Assembly (NCBI GenBank): GCA_021413925.1
Contig: JAIOPL010000023.1
Coordinates: 13,640 to 77,639 of the forward strand
Direction of reading: 5' to 3'
Length of the DNA stretch: 64,000 nt
Source: Verrucomicrobiota bacterium
GTDB lineage: Bacteria; Verrucomicrobiota; Verrucomicrobiia; Chthoniobacterales; UBA6821
Below the pieces are notes generated by a model that saw nothing but the letters and a program-made list of their open reading frames with translations, ran no database searches and was not told the DNA's origin. This document shows, piece by piece, positions 35,878 to 45,640 of the stretch. Position 1 is the first letter of the stretch. The number at the start of each line of letters is the position of its first letter. Both the position numbers and the translations under genes were made by a program.

Positions 35878-36972
35878 ATGTCCCTTCCAATGCGCACCTG
35901 GGTCGAGGTCGATCATGCGGCCCTCAAGCATAATCTCAAAGCCGTCCGGAAGATGGCCGGGAAAGCCGGGATCATGGCCGTTGTGAAGGCCAACGGCTAC
36001 GGGCATGGCCTGAACGAAGTGGCCGCCACCTTCAGCTCCGGCATCGAGGTGTTTGCCGTAGCTTCACTCGGAGAGGCCATCCAGCTTCGCGACACGGAGA
36101 AGAAGAAGCCTATTCTGCTCCTGAGCGCCGCCCTCCCTATGGAGTATCCCGAGATCGGCCGTCACGGATTCATCCCCACCATCTCCTCTTTGGAAGAGGC
36201 AGTTCTCTATGCTGCTTCGGCCAAGAAGAGGGCTCTCATCCATTTCAAGATCGATACCGGCATGGGGCGCCTCGGAGCCCATCCCGAGCAGGCCTTTGCG
36301 ATCCTGCGTGAGATTCGGAAACTGACGCTCTCACTACACAGCATCTCGACTCATCTCCCCTCGGCCGACAGTAATCAAAAACTTACCAAAAAACAGCTCA
36401 AGAAATTTGAAAGCCTCCTCTCTTATCTGCGCGAGTTTACCCCCAATGTGCCGGTTCATGTGCTGAATTCCGCAGGCAGCATGCTCTTCCCTGAGCATGC
36501 CCAGGATCTGGTGCGCGTCGGACTGGCTCTTTACGGAGTCTCTCCGGTGCCGAAGTTCCAGAAACTACTAAAGCCCGCATTGAGTTGGAAAGCCTCCGTC
36601 ACCTACCTTCGCGATCTTCCAAAAGGTCATGGGATCAGCTACGGCAGCACCTACACGACGCCTAGGGCCATGAAGGTAGCTGTGCTACCGGTAGGCTATG
36701 CAGACGGCTATCCCAGACACCTCTCGGGCAAAAATGCCGCCGTCCTTATCAAAGGAAAGCACTGCCCCGTCCTCGGCCGAGTGACTATGGACCAAATCAT
36801 GGTTGATGTCTCAGCCGTCAAAGGGATCAAGGTCGGTAACGAGGCCGTCCTAGTCGGTAAACAAGGGAACGAGGAAATCACCGCCACCGAAGTCGCTCAA
36901 AAAGCCGACACAATCCCTTGGCACATCTTCTGCGGAATTACGGGAAGGGTGGCCTATATTTACAGGGGTTAA
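35878..36972 (+). CDS. alr: alanine racemase
   Basis: The PLP-lysine context is AVVKANGYGHG, and the C-terminal domain contains PVGYADGY. Confidence 0.9.
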   Translation: MSLPMRTWVEVDHAALKHNLKAVRKMAGKAGIMAVVKANGYGHGLNEVAATFSSGIEVFAVASLGEAIQLRDTEKKKPILLLSAALPMEYPEIGRHGFIPTISSLEEAVLYAASAKKRALIHFKIDTGMGRLGAHPEQAFAILREIRKLTLSLHSISTHLPSADSNQKLTKKQLKKFESLLSYLREFTPNVPVHVLNSAGSMLFPEHAQDLVRVGLALYGVSPVPKFQKLLKPALSWKASVTYLRDLPKGHGISYGSTYTTPRAMKVAVLPVGYADGYPRHLSGKNAAVLIKGKHCPVLGRVTMDQIMVDVSAVKGIKVGNEAVLVGKQGNEEITATEVAQKADTIPWHIFCGITGRVAYIYRG

Positions 36973-36989
36973 CCCTTCAGGTCTTCGCC

Positions 36990-37022
36990 TGAGGTCGCAG
37001 TAGTCTTGAAACTGCGACCTCA
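36990..37022. terminator. perfect 12-bp stem-loop between the convergent alr and EIIA-like genes (no U-tract)
   Basis: TGAGGTCGCAGT - agtcttgaa - ACTGCGACCTCA. Confidence 0.55.
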
Positions 37023-37060
37023 GACTAACTAGGCTATCCGCCAAGATCGCGAGTCTTCCG

Positions 37061-37876
37061 CTAAGAGTTCTTAGCGGAACCCCTGAAGGCGACGCACTCA
37101 TGGAGCACCCGCTCCCCCGCAAAATGCTCACTCGACCTCAACACCACATTGATATCGCCGACGACGGCATGAGCCCCCTTGGCGAGTTCGTCTGCAAGGG
37201 TTGCTGAATTCTCGAGTGACTCGACCAATGTCTTGTCCTGGGAAAGCACCACCGGCTTGGAACCAGGAACGATAAGAATTGCCAGAGGACGGATCGAACG
37301 GGCGATCGGGTCGAGCGTCAGGATATCAGCCGTCTCCTCGGCTACAGCTGCGGCCTCTGCATGGCGCACCTCGAGCTGGATCATCCTGGCGCGGGCCTCC
37401 GGAGTCACCGACTCGATGGCATGCGTGATGGCATCGAGGAGTGCATGACGCACCTCGGAAAGCTCCTCAAGCTCCTGTAGCTTCTGCAAATCCTCGTTCT
37501 GATGGATCGCCTTGGCTAGCTGGGAGATTTCCTTGAGATAAGAATTCCTCTGGGCGTCGGGCACATAATACATGACCACGAGATGCACGCGGACATTATC
37601 GGAAGATCCGTAATCGATGCCCTGAGGGCTCCAGCCCACGGCGCAGAGCAACTCACCGTCGTGGTCGGAAGTGGCGTGGGGACAGGCCCATCCCCTACCG
37701 ATGCCGGTGTTGTGCTGCTTCTCACGGGAAAAGGCCTTCTCAGTGATCCCCCCCTCGTCGGCGATCTCAGGAATGGCCTCGAGCAAGGTGCCGAGAAACT
37801 CCAGAGCATCGTTCTTGATGTTGTCGGGAAGTTCGACAAGACGGCCTTCCTGGAGTGCGTTTAGCAGTGCTTTCAT
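37061..37876 (-). CDS. PTS EIIA(Ntr)/PtsN-like domain protein with an unknown C-terminal extension of about 120 aa
   Basis: The N-terminal 150 aa match the EIIA type-2 domain: REKQHNTGIGRGWACPHA, the phosphorylatable His context. It lies 20 bp downstream of mgtA. Confidence 0.7.
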   Translation of the reverse strand: MKALLNALQEGRLVELPDNIKNDALEFLGTLLEAIPEIADEGGITEKAFSREKQHNTGIGRGWACPHATSDHDGELLCAVGWSPQGIDYGSSDNVRVHLVVMYYVPDAQRNSYLKEISQLAKAIHQNEDLQKLQELEELSEVRHALLDAITHAIESVTPEARARMIQLEVRHAEAAAVAEETADILTLDPIARSIRPLAILIVPGSKPVVLSQDKTLVESLENSATLADELAKGAHAVVGDINVVLRSSEHFAGERVLHECVAFRGSAKNS

Positions 37877-37896
37877 GGGAATGGAGAGATGCAGTC

Positions 37897-40620
37897 TTAA
37901 TCAATACCGAACTTTCTGGCAAACCATGCGTTCACCGTGTGGGTGAGCGTTACGTAGCAGAGAATCGTGGCGGCAATGAAGGCCCAGTAGATCGGCGGAA
38001 GCGGCACCATGTGAAGGTAGGTCGCCACGAACGGGATGTACGGGATGGACGAGCCGATCAACATGATGAGCACTGTGGTAAGGATGAGGGCCGGGCTAGC
38101 AATACTCTGGATGAAGGGAATCTTCCGCGTGCGGATGACATGGACGATCAGAGTCTGGGTGATGATCGACTCCACGAACCATCCGGTGTGGAAGAGCGAG
38201 GCTGCATAAGTGTCGTCGTTGGCGACCCCGGGCCCTCCGGAGAAGCGGTGAAGCAAGTCGGCGGGAGCTGCAAGATTGAGATTGCTGCACTTGAAGAACC
38301 AGAGCATCACGGCGAATGTCGTATAATCGAAGAGCGAACTGGTCGGCCCGACATACATCATGAACTTCTGGATGTTCCCGATGTTCCATTTCCTGGGCTT
38401 CTGAAGGAACTCGGCATCCACGTTGTCGTAGGGGATGCCGATCTGGGAGAAGTCATAGAGGAGGTTGTTCACCAGCACCTGGACGGGGAGCATCGGCAGG
38501 AAACTGAGGAAGTAGCTGCTGCCGACCATGCTTAACATGTTGCCGAAGTTGGAACTGGCCCCCATGCGGATGTACTTGATGATGTTCGCGAAGACCTTGC
38601 GACCTTCGAGGATGCCATCCTCGAGGACCATAAGGCTGCGCTCGAGCAGGATGATGTCAGCCGATTCCTTAGCGACATCGACAGCGCTGTCGACCGAGAT
38701 GCCGACATCGGCGACGCGCATGGAGAGCGCGTCATTGATCCCGTCCCCCATGTAGCCGACGACATGTCCCTTCTTCTGAAGGGCGACGATGATGCTCTCC
38801 TTCTGGGCCGGCGAGAGGCGGGCGAAGACGCTGGTCTTCTCTGCGAGATCCCCTAGCTGGTCCTCGTCCATGCCGACGATCATGTCGCCGGTGATGATCT
38901 CCCCGGCGTCGAGATGGACATCCTTGCAGATCTTGCGGGTGACCAGGGCATTGTCCCCGGTGAGGATCTTGGTAACGACTCCGTGGCCTGCCAGTGAGGC
39001 GATGGCCTTCGAGGCGGACTCCTTCGGAGGATCCAAGAAGGCAATGTAACCGAGCAGGACCAGGTCGCTCTCGTCGGCGATCGAGAAGATCCCCTTGTCC
39101 TGGGGGAACTCGCGGTAGGCAATGCCGAGCACTCGGTAGCCGTCGCGGCTGAGTGACTCGAATTCCTCCAGCAGGTCGTTCTTTATCAGATCGATCATCA
39201 TGTAGACCTCTTCGTCAACTTGATAGTGGGTGCAGGACTTGAAGATATCCTCCACGGCCCCTTTGCAGATAAGGACGTGGTCTCCCTCGTAATCGACCAC
39301 CACGGACATGCGCTTGCGCTGGAAGTCAAAGGGGATCTCGTCGACCTTCTTGCAGCCGCGATCCACATCCAGGTCGGTGTGGGAGAGGACGGAGTTATCC
39401 AGCAGGTTACGCAGACCCGTCTGGTAGTAGCTGTTCATGTAGGCGTAGCGGAGGACGTCCTCGCTCTGGCGCCCCGTAACATCGACGTACTTCTCCAGGA
39501 TGACACGGTCCTGGGTAAGTGTCCCCGTCTTGTCCGTACAGAGGATGTCGATCGCCCCGAAGTTCTGGATTGCGTGGAGCTTCTTCACGATCACCTTCTT
39601 CTTGGACATGGCGAGGGCACCCTTGGCGAGGTTCACCGCCACCATCATGGGCAGCATCTCGGGGGTCATGCCGAGCGACACGGCCAGACCGAACATCAGG
39701 GCCCCGGACCAATCATGCTTGGTAAGTCCGATGATCAGGAAAACCACGCTGACCATCACCAGCATGAAGCGGATCATGAGCCAGGTGAACCCAGCGATGC
39801 CTCGATCGAAGCTGGTCAGTACGGGAGCGCTGCCCAGCTTCTCGGAGATGGAACCGAAGTGGGTGCGGATGCCGGTATTCACCACCACAGCTTTGGCTGT
39901 TCCGCTGACCACGTTGCTGCCCTGGAAGACGGCATTCGTCATCTCAATGACCGCCTTGGATGGTTCGGACGGGGTCTCGGCATGCTTCTCGATCGGCATG
40001 GACTCACCGGTCAGCGAGGATTGACTGACAAAGAAGTCCTTGGCCGTGATCAACCGGAGATCCGAAGGGATGATGGATCCGGCCTGAAGAACCACGATGT
40101 CTCCCGGGACGATCTCCGACATGGAGATCTCCACTTCACGGCCGCTGCGGATGACATGGCAGTTGGTCTGGACCATGGCGTTGAGCGCCTCTACGGCCTT
40201 ACCGGACTTGCTCTCCTGATAATAGGAGAGCCCGACCGAAATCACGACCATCAGCCCCACGATCGTGGCGGATGCCGGATCGCCAGTGGCCAGGGAAATG
40301 GAAGCGATCACCAGTAACTGGATCACCAGCGGATTTTTGCACCGGGTCAGGATCTCCATGATGAAGCCCATCTTCTTTTTATGACCCAGGTCGTTCGGCC
40401 CCCACTTGTCACGGAGAGTCTCGACCTCCGTCTCTGAAAGACCTTCCTCGCGGCTCTTCATGGCAAGGAGGGCGGCGTCATGTTGCAGACAGCAGACATC
40501 CAGCAGACGCTTCTCGTGATCGGTCACCGACTCGGAAGCTTCCTTCTTAGCCTTGGAGAGGCTAGCCGGAGTGATTTTTCCAAAGAGATTCTTAGTCATG
40601 GCAGCCAGCATCTTTGGCAC
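37897..40620 (-). CDS. mgtA: magnesium-importing P-type ATPase
   Basis: 907 aa. TGES, CTDKTGTLT and GDGINDA are present, and the overall pattern (LRNLLDNSVL, NLLYDFSQ) is typical of MgtA/MgtB. Confidence 0.85.
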   Translation of the reverse strand: MPKMLAAMTKNLFGKITPASLSKAKKEASESVTDHEKRLLDVCCLQHDAALLAMKSREEGLSETEVETLRDKWGPNDLGHKKKMGFIMEILTRCKNPLVIQLLVIASISLATGDPASATIVGLMVVISVGLSYYQESKSGKAVEALNAMVQTNCHVIRSGREVEISMSEIVPGDIVVLQAGSIIPSDLRLITAKDFFVSQSSLTGESMPIEKHAETPSEPSKAVIEMTNAVFQGSNVVSGTAKAVVVNTGIRTHFGSISEKLGSAPVLTSFDRGIAGFTWLMIRFMLVMVSVVFLIIGLTKHDWSGALMFGLAVSLGMTPEMLPMMVAVNLAKGALAMSKKKVIVKKLHAIQNFGAIDILCTDKTGTLTQDRVILEKYVDVTGRQSEDVLRYAYMNSYYQTGLRNLLDNSVLSHTDLDVDRGCKKVDEIPFDFQRKRMSVVVDYEGDHVLICKGAVEDIFKSCTHYQVDEEVYMMIDLIKNDLLEEFESLSRDGYRVLGIAYREFPQDKGIFSIADESDLVLLGYIAFLDPPKESASKAIASLAGHGVVTKILTGDNALVTRKICKDVHLDAGEIITGDMIVGMDEDQLGDLAEKTSVFARLSPAQKESIIVALQKKGHVVGYMGDGINDALSMRVADVGISVDSAVDVAKESADIILLERSLMVLEDGILEGRKVFANIIKYIRMGASSNFGNMLSMVGSSYFLSFLPMLPVQVLVNNLLYDFSQIGIPYDNVDAEFLQKPRKWNIGNIQKFMMYVGPTSSLFDYTTFAVMLWFFKCSNLNLAAPADLLHRFSGGPGVANDDTYAASLFHTGWFVESIITQTLIVHVIRTRKIPFIQSIASPALILTTVLIMLIGSSIPYIPFVATYLHMVPLPPIYWAFIAATILCYVTLTHTVNAWFARKFGID

Positions 40621-40683
40621 CCCTAACTAGGAACCGGCAAGCCCCATCTCCTTAGATCGAGAAATCGTTACACGGGAATTATT

Positions 40684-40771
40684 GGTGATAGGGAATGGGT
40701 TCTAGGGAATGGGGAGGAAGGCCTTCTGGATCCAAAACCCGATATCCTATTACCGATCCCCCATTTCCCAA
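40684..40771. repeat. hairpin-like element (family 3, GGTGATAGGGAATGGG type) between tyrS and mgtA
   Basis: The left side is GGTGATAGGGAATGGGTTCTAGGGAATGGGG and the right side is CCCCCATTTCCC. There is an internal 10-bp palindrome, GAAGGCCTTC. Confidence 0.5.
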
Positions 40772-40774
40772 CGA

Positions 40775-41968
40775 CTATCCGATCCGAACGGCGTTCCGTC
40801 GGTCGAGCTTCAGGACGCCCGGGCCATCCAAGGATAGAACGGCCTTGGGATCGGTGACCTTCTCCCCTTTCCAGGAGACACTCCCACCCTCGACAAGACG
40901 GCGGACATCACCGCGTGATTTCTGGATGGAAAAGACGCGGTCAAAGGCATCCACCCCAAGCGAGATGATGTCACGGGGTAGGTCGACCGGCCGTTCATAG
41001 GAAGGCAGCTCGGCAGACTCCAGATCCTTCTTCGAGAAACGGAGTTCGAACTCTTCCCGTGCACGGAGCGCCTCGGCAACGGAATGGAAGCGGGCGGTGA
41101 GCTGCTCGGCCAGGGACTTCTTGGCCTCCATCGGATGGATTTCCTGAGAAAGCTCCTCATGAAGCAACAGCCTGTAATATTCCCCCATCTGTTCGTCGGA
41201 GATACTCATCACCTTTCCGAACATTTCCCCCGGCGCCTCGGTGACGCCCACAGCGTTGCCCAGGCTCTTGCTCATCTTCTGGATGCCGTCGAGACCCGTC
41301 AGGATGGGGAGCATCATGGCCACCTGCTGGTGCTGACCCTCCTCGTGCTGGAGATCGCGGCCGACAAGGATATTGAAGAGCTGGTCGGTGCCTCCGAGCT
41401 CCACATCGGCCTGGATCACCACCGAATCCCACCCCTGCATGATTGGGTACTGGATCTCATGGGCGCGCACGGGGAGCCCCTTGTCGATTCGCTCCCGAAA
41501 ATCCTCGCGCTGTAGCATCTGCTGGAGAGTGACGCGGCTGTTGAGCCTCATCACATCCTGGAAGTTCATCTTGCCGAACCACTCGCCGTTGAAGCGGACA
41601 GAGGTTTTCTCCGGATCCAGAATCTTGAAGGCCTGATCCTGATAGGTCTTGGCATGTTCCATCACCTGCTCATGGGAGAGATGGGGCCGCGTTGCCGAGC
41701 GACCGCTCGGGTCACCGATCATTGCGGTGAAATCGCCGATGATTAGGATGGCCTCATGGCCGAGCTCCTGGAACTGGCGTAGCCTGGAAAGACCCACCGT
41801 GTGGCCCAGATGGATGTCGGGCGAGGTGGGGTCGACCCCAAGCTTCACTTTGAGAGGGCGACCAAGGGCTAGCTTTGCGGCCAACTCCTTCTCGCTAAGG
41901 ACCTGGGCACATCCGGCCGTAAGGGCGGCGAGTTGATCGGAAAACGGACTGGTTGAGGGACTACTCAT
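40775..41968 (-). CDS. tyrS: tyrosyl-tRNA synthetase (type 2) with a C-terminal S4-like domain
   Basis: HIGH region (PDIHLGHTV) and KMSKS (KMSKSLGN). Confidence 0.95.
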   Translation of the reverse strand: MSSPSTSPFSDQLAALTAGCAQVLSEKELAAKLALGRPLKVKLGVDPTSPDIHLGHTVGLSRLRQFQELGHEAILIIGDFTAMIGDPSGRSATRPHLSHEQVMEHAKTYQDQAFKILDPEKTSVRFNGEWFGKMNFQDVMRLNSRVTLQQMLQREDFRERIDKGLPVRAHEIQYPIMQGWDSVVIQADVELGGTDQLFNILVGRDLQHEEGQHQQVAMMLPILTGLDGIQKMSKSLGNAVGVTEAPGEMFGKVMSISDEQMGEYYRLLLHEELSQEIHPMEAKKSLAEQLTARFHSVAEALRAREEFELRFSKKDLESAELPSYERPVDLPRDIISLGVDAFDRVFSIQKSRGDVRRLVEGGSVSWKGEKVTDPKAVLSLDGPGVLKLDRRNAVRIG

Positions 41969-41989
41969 GGAACGGAGAGCAAAACAGAA

Positions 41990-42562
41990 TCACGGCCCCT
42001 TGTTGAGCAGTTTCCTGACGTCGTCGATGGAGAGTCCCTTGCGGATGGCATCTTCAAGATGGGGATTGTTGTCGAGTGCTCCCTGCGTCTTTCCCTTGAG
42101 GGAGATGTTTTGTGTCGGGAAGTCCCCCTTGGAGGAGTAGGGGCTTATTTTATCAAGATCCGTGAAGTTTTTTGTTTTGAAATCCTTGGAATCGAATTTC
42201 TTTCCGGCATCGGTATTCGCCTTCTCGAGATTTCCCGAAAGCTTCTTTTGGGGAAAAAGATGATCGCCGAGCCAGCTCTTCATTCCGGAAACGAATCCCT
42301 TGGTCTCGTACGAGCGGGAGCCATATTCCCGTGCACCGTAGTAGTCCTTGGTCGCGAAAGCCTTGTCGTAAGGGGTTCCCTTCGAATTGAACACCTTCCC
42401 TTGAAAGGTGCTTTGCCTGCTACGGTCGGGATGCATCATTCGTTCCAGCATCCCCTGCTCTTTAGGTACTTCATCGGGGGAGGCCCTTACGGTTGCGGAA
42501 GAGAACACTATTAAAACGCTCCCGGCGATCAGGAGCATGACCAGACGAGACAGGGAAAACAT
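41990..42562 (-). CDS. secreted hypothetical protein, Lys-rich
   Basis: From ATG 42562 the N-terminus is MFSLSRLVMLLIAGSVLIVFSSATVRA, a signal peptide. The longer track ORF would run through the rpsD terminator. Confidence 0.6.
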   Translation of the reverse strand: MFSLSRLVMLLIAGSVLIVFSSATVRASPDEVPKEQGMLERMMHPDRSRQSTFQGKVFNSKGTPYDKAFATKDYYGAREYGSRSYETKGFVSGMKSWLGDHLFPQKKLSGNLEKANTDAGKKFDSKDFKTKNFTDLDKISPYSSKGDFPTQNISLKGKTQGALDNNPHLEDAIRKGLSIDDVRKLLNKGP

Positions 42563-42664
42563 TCCGCAATCGTAGGAGCGGAACCCGAAGCCTGCAAGAG
42601 GGCTTGAAGGGGCTCGAAGAATCACTGATACGCAGCCGCAGCAGAAAGCACCCGTAAGAACGCA

Positions 42665-42703
42665 CAAAATAAAAAAGCCGCCGCGGATTTCTCCGGGCAG
42701 CTT
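42665..42703 (-). terminator. rho-independent terminator after rpsD
   Basis: The minus strand reads AAGCTGCCCGG-agaaat-CCGCGGCGGCTTTTTTATTTT, a 9-bp stem with one bulge followed by a U-tract. Confidence 0.75.
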
Positions 42704-42725
42704 TTTTGTAAGGACTAATGAGTGA

Positions 42726-43337
42726 TTAGCGAGAATAGAGCTCAACGACGAGCTGCTCGTTCACAACAGGATTGATCTCCTCGCGGGTCGGGATACGGAC
42801 CATCTTGCCGCTCAGGGCTTCCTTGTCGACAAGCAGCCAATCCGGCGGCTCGACGATCTGGGTCTGCTCCAGGCCGCGCAGGGCGAGGCGCTTGGAACCA
42901 TCCTTGGGACGTACGGAAATAGCATCGCCAATCTTGATAGTGGCGGAGGAGATGTCGCACTTGCGGCCATTCACGGCGACGTGGCCGTGGGACACCATCT
43001 GGCGTGCAGCCGAACGAGTCTTCGCGAAGCCCATGCGGTAGACGATATTGTCGAGGCGCCTCTCAAGGAGCTGGAGCAGGATAAGTCCGGTGATACCACG
43101 GGTCTTCAGAGCGGTCTCGAAGTAGCGGCGGAACTGGCGCTCAAGCACACCATACTGGAAGCGGAGTTTCTGCTTTTCGGCAAGCGCGGTGCCGTACTCG
43201 GAAATCTTGCGGCGTGACCCCTTCGGGCCGTGCATGCCGGGAGGATAGGGCTTGTGCTCGAAAGCACGGGCGGATCCGGCGAGAAGAACGCCGTAACGGC
43301 GGCTGACTTTGGTTTTGGGTCCAGTGTAACGGGCCAT
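42726..43337 (-). CDS. rpsD: 30S ribosomal protein S4
   Basis: MARYTGPKTKVSRRYG... Confidence 0.95.
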   Translation of the reverse strand: MARYTGPKTKVSRRYGVLLAGSARAFEHKPYPPGMHGPKGSRRKISEYGTALAEKQKLRFQYGVLERQFRRYFETALKTRGITGLILLQLLERRLDNIVYRMGFAKTRSAARQMVSHGHVAVNGRKCDISSATIKIGDAISVRPKDGSKRLALRGLEQTQIVEPPDWLLVDKEALSGKMVRIPTREEINPVVNEQLVVELYSR

Positions 43338-43350
43338 GGTATTTTAAAAA

Positions 43351-43378
43351 GCTGAAGGCTGAAGGCTGAGGGCTGAAG
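43351..43378. repeat. heptanucleotide tandem repeat (GCTGAAG)x4 (third unit GCTGAGG) in the rpsK-rpsD spacer
   Basis: Read directly at 43351-43378. Confidence 0.9.
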
Positions 43379-43387
43379 GAATAAACA

Positions 43388-44017
43388 TTAAACGCGGCGC
43401 TGTTTCGGAGGACGGCATCCGTTATGAGGAACAGGAGTCACGTCTTGGATGATGGAGATTTCAAGTCCGATGGCCTGCATGGCGCGGACTGCCGATTCAC
43501 GACCGGAGCCGGGCCCCTTGACGCGAACCTCGACTTCCTTGAGGCCATGGCCCATGGCCTGACGGCAGGCATCCTGAGCGACCATCTGAGCAGCATAGGC
43601 TGTGCTCTTACGGGATCCCTTGAACCCCATCTTGCCGGCGCTGGACCATCCAAGAACGGCACCGCGCATGTCGGTGACGCTGACGATGGTATTGTTGAAA
43701 GTAGCCTGAACGTGGGCGATCCCATGAGTGATGTTCTTGCTACCCTTGGCCTTGACGATCTTGGGCGGCTCGATCGGGTCATCGAGATTGAAACTGATGG
43801 CTGCGGCCGGAGCGGCTTCCTCAACTTTCTTCTCCTTGCTCTTCTTTACCTTAGGCTTCTCGGCCTTGGCGGGAGCAGCAGTCTCGGCGGTAGCCACTGG
43901 AGTTGAAGCCTCAACGGAAGTCTCTGAAGCGGACTCGGAAGGATGATGGGCTTTGGTCTCTTCGCTACGTGCAGCGTCTTGGGAGAGGCCTTCGGATTCT
44001 TTGTTTTCTTCGGACAT
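43388..44017 (-). CDS. rpsK: 30S ribosomal protein S11 with an N-terminal extension of about 80 aa
   Basis: The canonical core begins near ...[26 protein letters not shown]. There is no in-frame ATG, GTG or TTG between Met1 and the core. Confidence 0.85.
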   Translation of the reverse strand: MSEENKESEGLSQDAARSEETKAHHPSESASETSVEASTPVATAETAAPAKAEKPKVKKSKEKKVEEAAPAAAISFNLDDPIEPPKIVKAKGSKNITHGIAHVQATFNNTIVSVTDMRGAVLGWSSAGKMGFKGSRKSTAYAAQMVAQDACRQAMGHGLKEVEVRVKGPGSGRESAVRAMQAIGLEISIIQDVTPVPHNGCRPPKQRRV

Positions 44018-44058
44018 GAAATTGGTGACGTACTAGTAAGTGCTATGGGTGTGTCGGA

Positions 44059-44436
44059 TTATTCCTTAGCCCGGGAGACGCCGACGGTCTTGCGGGGCCC
44101 CTTGCGTGTGCGGGCATTGGTCTGGGTGCGCTGGCCGCGCACAGGGAGTCCACGACGATGGCGGACGCCACGGTAGCAGTTGATCGCTTGTAGGCGCTTG
44201 AGGTTACCCTGAATCTCTCGGCGAAGATCGCCCTCGATGACAACCCCCTGGCCGGAAATTGCGGAAATGATACCTCCAATCTGCTCGGGAGAAAGCTCCT
44301 TGGCGCGGATGTCAGGATTGATGTTGGCCTGTTCGAGGATGCGCTTGGCAGTCTTAGGGCCAATGCCGTAAATGTAAACGAGCGAGGCTTCGACGCGCTT
44401 GTCGCCGGGGATTTCTACGCCGAGGAGTCTTGGCAT
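44059..44436 (-). CDS. rpsM: 30S ribosomal protein S13
   Basis: [26 protein letters not shown]... Confidence 0.95.
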   Translation of the reverse strand: MPRLLGVEIPGDKRVEASLVYIYGIGPKTAKRILEQANINPDIRAKELSPEQIGGIISAISGQGVVIEGDLRREIQGNLKRLQAINCYRGVRHRRGLPVRGQRTQTNARTRKGPRKTVGVSRAKE

Positions 44437-44491
44437 GGTATTGGTCTATTGAGTTGGGTGCAGGGAATGAGTGATGTCTGAACGTCTCGCG

Positions 44492-44605
44492 TCAGCCCTG
44501 GCGCTGCTTGTGACGGGGATTCTTGCAAACCACGCGCACCACGTTATTGCGGCGGACGATCTTGCAGGTTTCGCAAAGGCGTTTGATGGAAGCTCGGACT
44601 TTCAT
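44492..44605 (-). CDS. rpmJ: 50S ribosomal protein L36
   Basis: My translation gives [37 protein letters not shown]. It is below the ORF-track cutoff. Confidence 0.9.
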   Translation of the reverse strand: MKVRASIKRLCETCKIVRRNNVVRVVCKNPRHKQRQG

Positions 44606-44645
44606 GCTTGAAAACAGCGACGCGGTTGGCGTCGGTTGTGTCGGT

Positions 44646-44888
44646 TTATTGGCTAGGGCTGGGTGATGACTGCGGGAGTCGCTGGATAATTGTTCCCTGA
44701 TTCAGATCGTAGGGGGAAACGCTGATCACTACATGGTGTCCGAGAGCGATGCGCGTGAACTTCAAACGCAACCGACCGGATACCGTAGCTACCATTCTCC
44801 TGCCCCCGGCTAACTCCACTCGGAAGCGTGCCATGGACAGTCTCTCTACGACTAGGGCCTGGTGTTTTAAGCTATCAGGGGTAGGCAT
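44646..44888 (-). CDS. infA: translation initiation factor IF-1
   Basis: S1-like core: [29 protein letters not shown]...[15 protein letters not shown]. It has a 9-aa C-terminal tail. The annotated start overlaps the end of map by 22 nt. Confidence 0.8.
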   Translation of the reverse strand: MPTPDSLKHQALVVERLSMARFRVELAGGRRMVATVSGRLRLKFTRIALGHHVVISVSPYDLNQGTIIQRLPQSSPSPSQ

Positions 44889-45628
44889 GTCAACACTTCA
44901 GGTTCATTTTCTGTCACTAATACAGTATGCTCGAAATGGGAAGAAGGCTTGCCATCGGAGGTCACCACGGTCCATCCGTCATCCAGAATACGCACGCCCT
45001 CGGCCCCGAGATTGATCATGGGCTCTATGGCAAGGGTCATGCCGGGTTTGAGTTTCGGACCGGAGCCTTTTTTGCCGTAGTTCGGGATCTGTGGTTCCTC
45101 GTGCAGCTTGCGGCCGACGCCATGTCCCACAAATTCCCTGACAACGCCGAACCCCTGCCTGAGAGCCTCTGTCTCGATGTAGTTCGAGAGATCGCCCAAC
45201 CTGCGACCAGCTACGGCGAAGGGAATCGCCCCCTCAAGAATGCGCTTGGTTGCGGTGATGAGTCGCTCGGTTTCCGGATCGATAGCGCCGCACGCAATAG
45301 TCGTTGCCGTGTCACCGATCCAGCCATCAAGGACGACTCCCGTATCGATCTTTATAATGTCACCGTAGGCAAGGCGTCGTTCACCTCCAATGCCGTGCAC
45401 CACTTCCTCGTTGATCGAGATGCAGGTCTGGCCAGGAAATTTCCGGTAGCCGAGGAAAGCGCTGCGGCCTCCAAGTTCCGCCATGTATTCCCCCGCCTTC
45501 CTATCGATCTCGCCGGTAGTCATACCAGGCGCGACGAGTTTCGCCAGGCGGTCGAGCACGATCGCAGCCGCATGGCCTGCAGCGCGCATCTTGTCAATCT
45601 CGGCCGGTGTCTTGATAGGAATGGGCAT
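44867..45628 (-). CDS. map: methionine aminopeptidase, type I
   Basis: IKTPAEIDKMRAAG..., with metal ligand contexts GDIIKIDTG, FVGHGVG and LAIEPM. Confidence 0.95.
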   Translation of the reverse strand: MPIPIKTPAEIDKMRAAGHAAAIVLDRLAKLVAPGMTTGEIDRKAGEYMAELGGRSAFLGYRKFPGQTCISINEEVVHGIGGERRLAYGDIIKIDTGVVLDGWIGDTATTIACGAIDPETERLITATKRILEGAIPFAVAGRRLGDLSNYIETEALRQGFGVVREFVGHGVGRKLHEEPQIPNYGKKGSGPKLKPGMTLAIEPMINLGAEGVRILDDGWTVVTSDGKPSSHFEHTVLVTENEPEVLTCLPLIA

Positions 45629-45640
45629 GGGAGAGAAGGG

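Noticed and set aside
40621-40774. Mg2+ riboswitch (M-box) or other leader upstream of mgtA.
   Set aside because: The 154-nt tyrS-mgtA spacer contains a hairpin-type repeat, but I could not find the conserved M-box core segments. Covariance-model scanning would be needed, so I make no claim.
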